From assembly GCA_013265495.1 (NCBI GenBank), contig MU058557.1, positions 436,001-472,927 of the forward strand: a stretch of 36,927 nucleotides of DNA, written 5' to 3'. Position numbers and translations under genes: made by a program. The DNA is from Vicugna vicugna. Taxonomy: Eukaryota. Positions 32,924 through 36,927 of the stretch are shown here, piece by piece (within the stretch, counting starts at the first letter, position 1; the number at the start of each line of letters is the position of its first letter). The notes beneath the pieces were generated by a model. It saw only the letters and a program-made list of their open reading frames with translations. It had not been told where the DNA came from and did no database searches.

Positions 32924-33060
32924 GTAAGTGAGGGAGGATTGCTCTGTGAGGGAGGACCGCTCTGTAAGTGAGGGAGGATTGCTCTGTGAGGGAGGACCGC
33001 TCTGTAAGTGAGGGAGGATTGCTCTGTGAGGGAGGACCGCTCTGTAAGTGAGGGAGGACC
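32911..33060 (+). repeat. 40-bp tandem repeat (3.75 copies) spanning the exon 2 / intron 2 junction
   Basis: Unit ggaggaccgctctgtaagtgagggaggattgctctgtgag occurs at 32911, 32951 and 32991 (identical) and partially at 33031. Confidence 0.97.
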
Positions 33061-33146
33061 TGTGCCCTCCCGGTACTCCCCCATCATTTCCTGGGCTTGA
33101 GCAGAGCCCCAGTGGCTGAGAGTAACATGATCTCTCCTCCCCCCAG

Positions 33147-33245
33147 GTGACTGAAAGGCCTGTGGACGAGATCATTCGGCCCCGGCCACAGGGGTCCTCG
33201 CCTGTCTATGAATGTGTGACTGAGGGTGCCAGCTTCAGACTCCCG
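33147..33245 (+). CDS. AHNAK2: AHNAK2 exon 3: [33 protein letters not shown]
   Basis: Acceptor ctcctccccccag, donor CCG|gtaagc, 99 nt, phase 0/0; conserved [12 protein letters not shown]. Confidence 0.93.
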
Positions 33246-33832
33246 GTAAGCCTGCTGGACCAAGATGCCCAGGTTTAGGGAAGGCTCAGGTGTGGGGCCA
33301 CAGGTGTGGCCATGTCTCCTCCTGCATCGCTTTGCGTGGGCAGCTCGCACATGTGTGTGCAGCCACGCTGCCTACTGTGCCACAGCTGTGTCCATTCAGC
33401 CGTCCTCTCTGACTCCTTGCCCAGGTGGCCGAGACCCCGTAGAGATAGCACACATGTGTGTGCATGTGGGGAGCAGACCTGGTGCTCCTGTGTGCAGCGA
33501 GGCCCAGGGTACGTGCAGACACGTGCCCTCTCTGGAGAGGAGACGTAGACAGGGCCCCTGAGGACGCCTCTGGCGAGGACTGTGGGAAGGCGTGGAGCAG
33601 GCATGTTTCCTAAAGGGCTTGTGCTTGTGCCATTTGTCTCTTCTTTGCCTCTCCTCATGGAGGCGTGGGAAGCACTGAGGCCCAGAGTCGCCTACCCTCA
33701 GAGGAATTCCACTCCATTTGCGCACAGCCACACTCTGGGTGTCCTAAGCTTCTGAGCTGGGGCATCCTGGCCTCCCCGAGTCCCTCCTGGGTTGTGGCAG
33801 GTTGGCAAGCCCAGTGTCTGTTGCTGCTGCAG

Positions 33833-33928
33833 GAAGACACGCCGAGGAGGCCATCAGGGAGGCGGAGGTCCTGGTGGACGCGGGATTCAGGGGACTCCCG
33901 GATGCTTTCCAAGATGCTCCATCCCGAG
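33833..33928 (+). CDS. AHNAK2: AHNAK2 exon 4: EDTPRRPSGRRRSWWTRDSGDSRMLSKMLHPE
   Basis: Acceptor gctgctgcag, donor GAG|gtgggt, 96 nt; conserved GRRRSWW-RDSGDSR. Confidence 0.92.
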
Positions 33929-34794
33929 GTGGGTGTTCTAGGGGCTGACGTCGGGGTAGGCCCATCTGAAGGTGCTTTGGCCAGGGAAGCCGGGGCCAGA
34001 CCAAGAAGATGAGGAGTAGGAAGGCTGGCAACATGTCCCTGTGCCCTGGGGCCAGGCGTGTCACCTCTCTCATCAGGCCTGGGGGTGGCAGAGGCTCCAG
34101 AACTCTGGTCCCAGCTTCCCCCAAAAGCTCTGCCTCTTAAGACGAAGAGCCCTGACTCCTGGCCAGGTGGGCCTGGGTGCACAGACCTCAGTGTTCTCAG
34201 CTGCCCAGTGGGCGGGGCTGCTGCCTGCTTTGCACACAGGCCATGGAAGCTGCTGGTTTCCGCAGGCTCCCAGTGTGCAGGGCGCGGTCCCTCCTGCTGC
34301 AGCCTGCTGTGTCACTGGTGGCCCCAGTAGACCTGAAACTCTCCCAGACCCCCAGGATCTGTCGTGTCTGGGGCCAGGCCAGCCACACTGTTGGGAGTGT
34401 TTTTCCTGGCACTGCTGACTGACCCCTACTTGGTCTGAGTACCTGCTTCCTAGCATGCTGTCGGGCTTGGGGTGAGCGTGAGGGATGAACTAGGAGCTGA
34501 TGGAGGAAGGCTTTGACCATGTGTGAGCAAAAGCCTCTCCTCCCTGCTCGCCAAGCCCCGCTGAGCCTCAACAGTGGCCGCAGACGGACAGGCTGCTCCT
34601 GAGTCCTGGCTGGTGGGGGCGGGGCAAGGGGAGGCTGCTCCTAGTGGAGGTAGCTGCAGCTGGCTTCGCCCAGGGCCTGGACACAGCAATGAAGGGAGGA
34701 CTCCGGGGCCAGGGGAGGCAGCCCCCACCCAGCATCGACGTGCACAGTGGGACAGGCGTATGCTCACTAAGGCCATGATGCACTTCTGCTCCAG

Positions 34795-34945
34795 TCCACG
34801 CAGGACGAGACAGAGGTGACGCTGAAGACCGAGGTGGAGGCCGGAGCCAGTGGCTACAGTGTCACAGGCGGCGGGGACCAGGGGATATTTATCAAACAAG
34901 TGCTGAAGGACTCCTCAGCTGCTAAGCTCTTCAACCTGAGAGAAG
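34795..34945 (+). CDS. AHNAK2: AHNAK2 exon 5, N-half of the PDZ domain: [50 protein letters not shown](G)
   Basis: Acceptor cttctgctccag (an in-frame alternative cag lies 9 nt downstream), donor G|gtgcca, 151 nt, phase 0/1. Periaxin/AHNAK-type PDZ sequence. Confidence 0.94.
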
Positions 34946-35252
34946 GTGCCAAGCCACCCCACTCCTGGGTCCCCATGGCTTCCATCAGGATGGGAGGGAC
35001 CTGGAGGGGACAGGCCACACCTAGACTCGGGACGGCACCCTAAGGACTATGCCGCGTCCAGGCGGGGCTCGCCACGGTGCCGGGTTTTCCCACCTGGAAG
35101 CAGGGGCTCCTTCCCCACCGAGGGTCAATGGAGGGAAGGAGCTGGGCAGCCCGGGCAGGGTCCCCTTCTCAGCCCCGCACCCCTGTAGACTCCTCCCGGG
35201 GGCAGCAGAGAGGCTGGTCACTGAGGCGCGAGTCCCCTCTGTCTTCATCTAG

Positions 35253-35437
35253 GGGACCAGTTGCTCAGCACAACCATATTCTTTGACAACATTAAATATG
35301 AAGACGCTCTCAAAATCCTTCAGTACTCGGAGCCCTACAAGGTTCAGTTCAAAATCAAACGGAAACTTCCTGCCGCAGAAGACGAGGAGTGGGCTGCCAG
35401 CGGGGCTGAGCGTGGCCCAAAGGGCAGTGAGAAGCAG
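35253..35437 (+). CDS. AHNAK2: AHNAK2 exon 6, C-half of the PDZ domain: (G)[61 protein letters not shown]
   Basis: Acceptor tcttcatctag, donor CAG|gtgagg, 185 nt, phase 1/0. Confidence 0.95.
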
Positions 35438-35598
35438 GTGAGGTCGCCATGGCTGGTGAGGCTTGGCCTGGCGCCCGGGGCTCCCTGCACCCACGCCGAG
35501 GCTGGGAGGGAGGGGCCCCCCCACTCCCTCTTAGTCCCGGAGCCCAGGGCCTCCGACTCATTGTACTGCTGCCAACAGGTCCACTCTCTCTGTTTCAG

Positions 35599-36927
35599 GA
35601 CCAGGATGTCCCTGATGGGTGCACAGAGACCCCCACAAAGATGCTGGAAGGAGATGGGGACCAGGAGAGACTCATCTCCAAGGCCAGGGAGGGCAGAGGC
35701 AGACGACCCCAGAGGGAGAGGCTCTCCTGGCCCAAGTTCCAAGCTATAAAGACCAAGCGCAGGCCGGGGCCCCGGAGGTCACACAGCTCCTCGGAGGCCT
35801 ACGAGCGAGGGGACGTGCCTGACGTGTCCCCCACGAGCACAGACACAGAGGCCCAGCTCCCCGCAGAGGAGTGCGAGCGGAGGGCGGGACCAGGCAGCCA
35901 GCGGAAGACAAGGTTCCTGAGCCTGAGGTTCAGGATGGGCTCAGGGAAGGCCGCGGGTCTAGCAGGCAGGGGGGCCCCAGGGGGAACAGTCCAAGCCGGC
36001 GTTCTGGAGGAAGCAGTACCTGGCGAGGAGGGGCAGGGGGCCGCCGCGGTGGCCGCGGACAGCAGGAGAGAAGACAGCATGGCAGGAGTGAAGGAGGAGG
36101 CAGAGCCTCCCACAGAGCCCGGCCTGTTCCTGGAGGGCACCCTGGGGGAGGGGGCAGGCCTGGCACCCAGAAGCCGCAGAAAGACAAAGGAGGCCAAGGT
36201 CCAGGAGGAGACAGCGCCCCAAAGGACATCAGGGGTGGGCGCAGCCCCAGGATGCAGGGATGAGGGCCCCAGGGAGGGCGGGCAGGGGCTGGAAATGGGA
36301 ATTGCCAGGTTGTCTATGCAGGAGCCCAGGGACCAAGACAGCCACCATGGCCGGGAACCCGAATTCCAGGTTAAAACACCTACACTGAAGGCAGCCAAGC
36401 TCACATTTCCCACAGGAAAAGCGCTGCGGGAAAATGGAGCGGGGGCTGCTCTCCAGCGGGAAGACAGGAAGGGAGGGTACCAGGGAGAGGACTCAGGGAC
36501 CAAGGAGGATGGAGGAGGGGAAGCAGATGCTCAGGGAAGACCTGCTCCGGTCCAGAAGCCAGACCAGGAGGACAGAGGAACACAGGAACATGCGATTGAG
36601 AAGAGGGTAGAGGACACCAAGGGACGGGATAGGGACGTGGAAGGAAGGGAAGGAAAGACAAAGATGCTGAAGTTCAAACTACCCTCATTTGGCTGGTCAC
36701 CAGGGAAGGAGGAAAAAGGGGATGCAGGGAAACAGCTCCAGGAGACAGAGAAGGAAGAGAACATGTTCCGAAGTCCGGAATCAGACATATGTCAAGAGGA
36801 CGGAGGAATCAGCGGTAGAAAAGAAGAAGAAACAGAACTTCCAGAAAAAAAACTCCCACAGAAAGAGACAATTGAGAGAAAAGAGGGCGACCTGGCCCTG
36901 GGTGACAAGGAGGTGGCCGCCAAGGAC
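35599..36927 (+). CDS. AHNAK2: AHNAK2 giant exon 7 (partial, runs off the window): [28 protein letters not shown]...[10 protein letters not shown]...SHSSSEAYE...[14 protein letters not shown]...GDKEVAAKD
   Basis: Acceptor ctctgtttcag. I read 443 codons with no stop; the frame is absent from the ORF track, presumably because it is unterminated. It ends at the EVAAKD motif that opens the AHNAK2 central repeat units. Confidence 0.95.

Noticed and set aside
32911..33060. Regular direct repeats that superficially resemble a CRISPR array
   Set aside because: The units are identical with no unique spacers, the context is a mammalian intron and there are no cas genes. It is a minisatellite.
35799..36503. 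234-aa antisense ORF over AHNAK2 exon 7
   Set aside because: It is a shadow ORF of GC-rich coding sequence on the opposite strand.

Overview
GC-rich mammalian genomic DNA, probably from a camelid (inferred from two copies of a tRNA-derived SINE with a GGGGAGGTAATTAGGTTT/T-rich tail). By recalled homology it is the CDCA4-CLBA1(C14orf79)-AHNAK2 syntenic block. The window holds: (1) the probable 3' UTR end of a + strand gene (CDCA4, by synteny only); (2) the complete five-coding-exon CLBA1 gene on the - strand (CDS 10145 to 5145, 319 aa; or 349 aa from an upstream in-frame ATG at 10235); (3) AHNAK2 on the + strand, divergent from CLBA1, with exons 1-6 and the first 443 codons of giant exon 7, which runs off the window end. 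All exons were assembled by hand with GT-AG sites and consistent phases. There are three CpG islands and ordinary repeats (SINEs, an MLT1 solo LTR, MER58, L1, L2/MIR fragments). Almost all entries in the ORF track are GC-rich noise. I found no new gene system. The most unusual feature is a 40-bp tandem repeat that copies the AHNAK2 exon 2 splice donor four times, where every extra donor leads to a premature stop. A stop-free intron 6 could also yield an S-periaxin-like PDZ-only AHNAK2 isoform.
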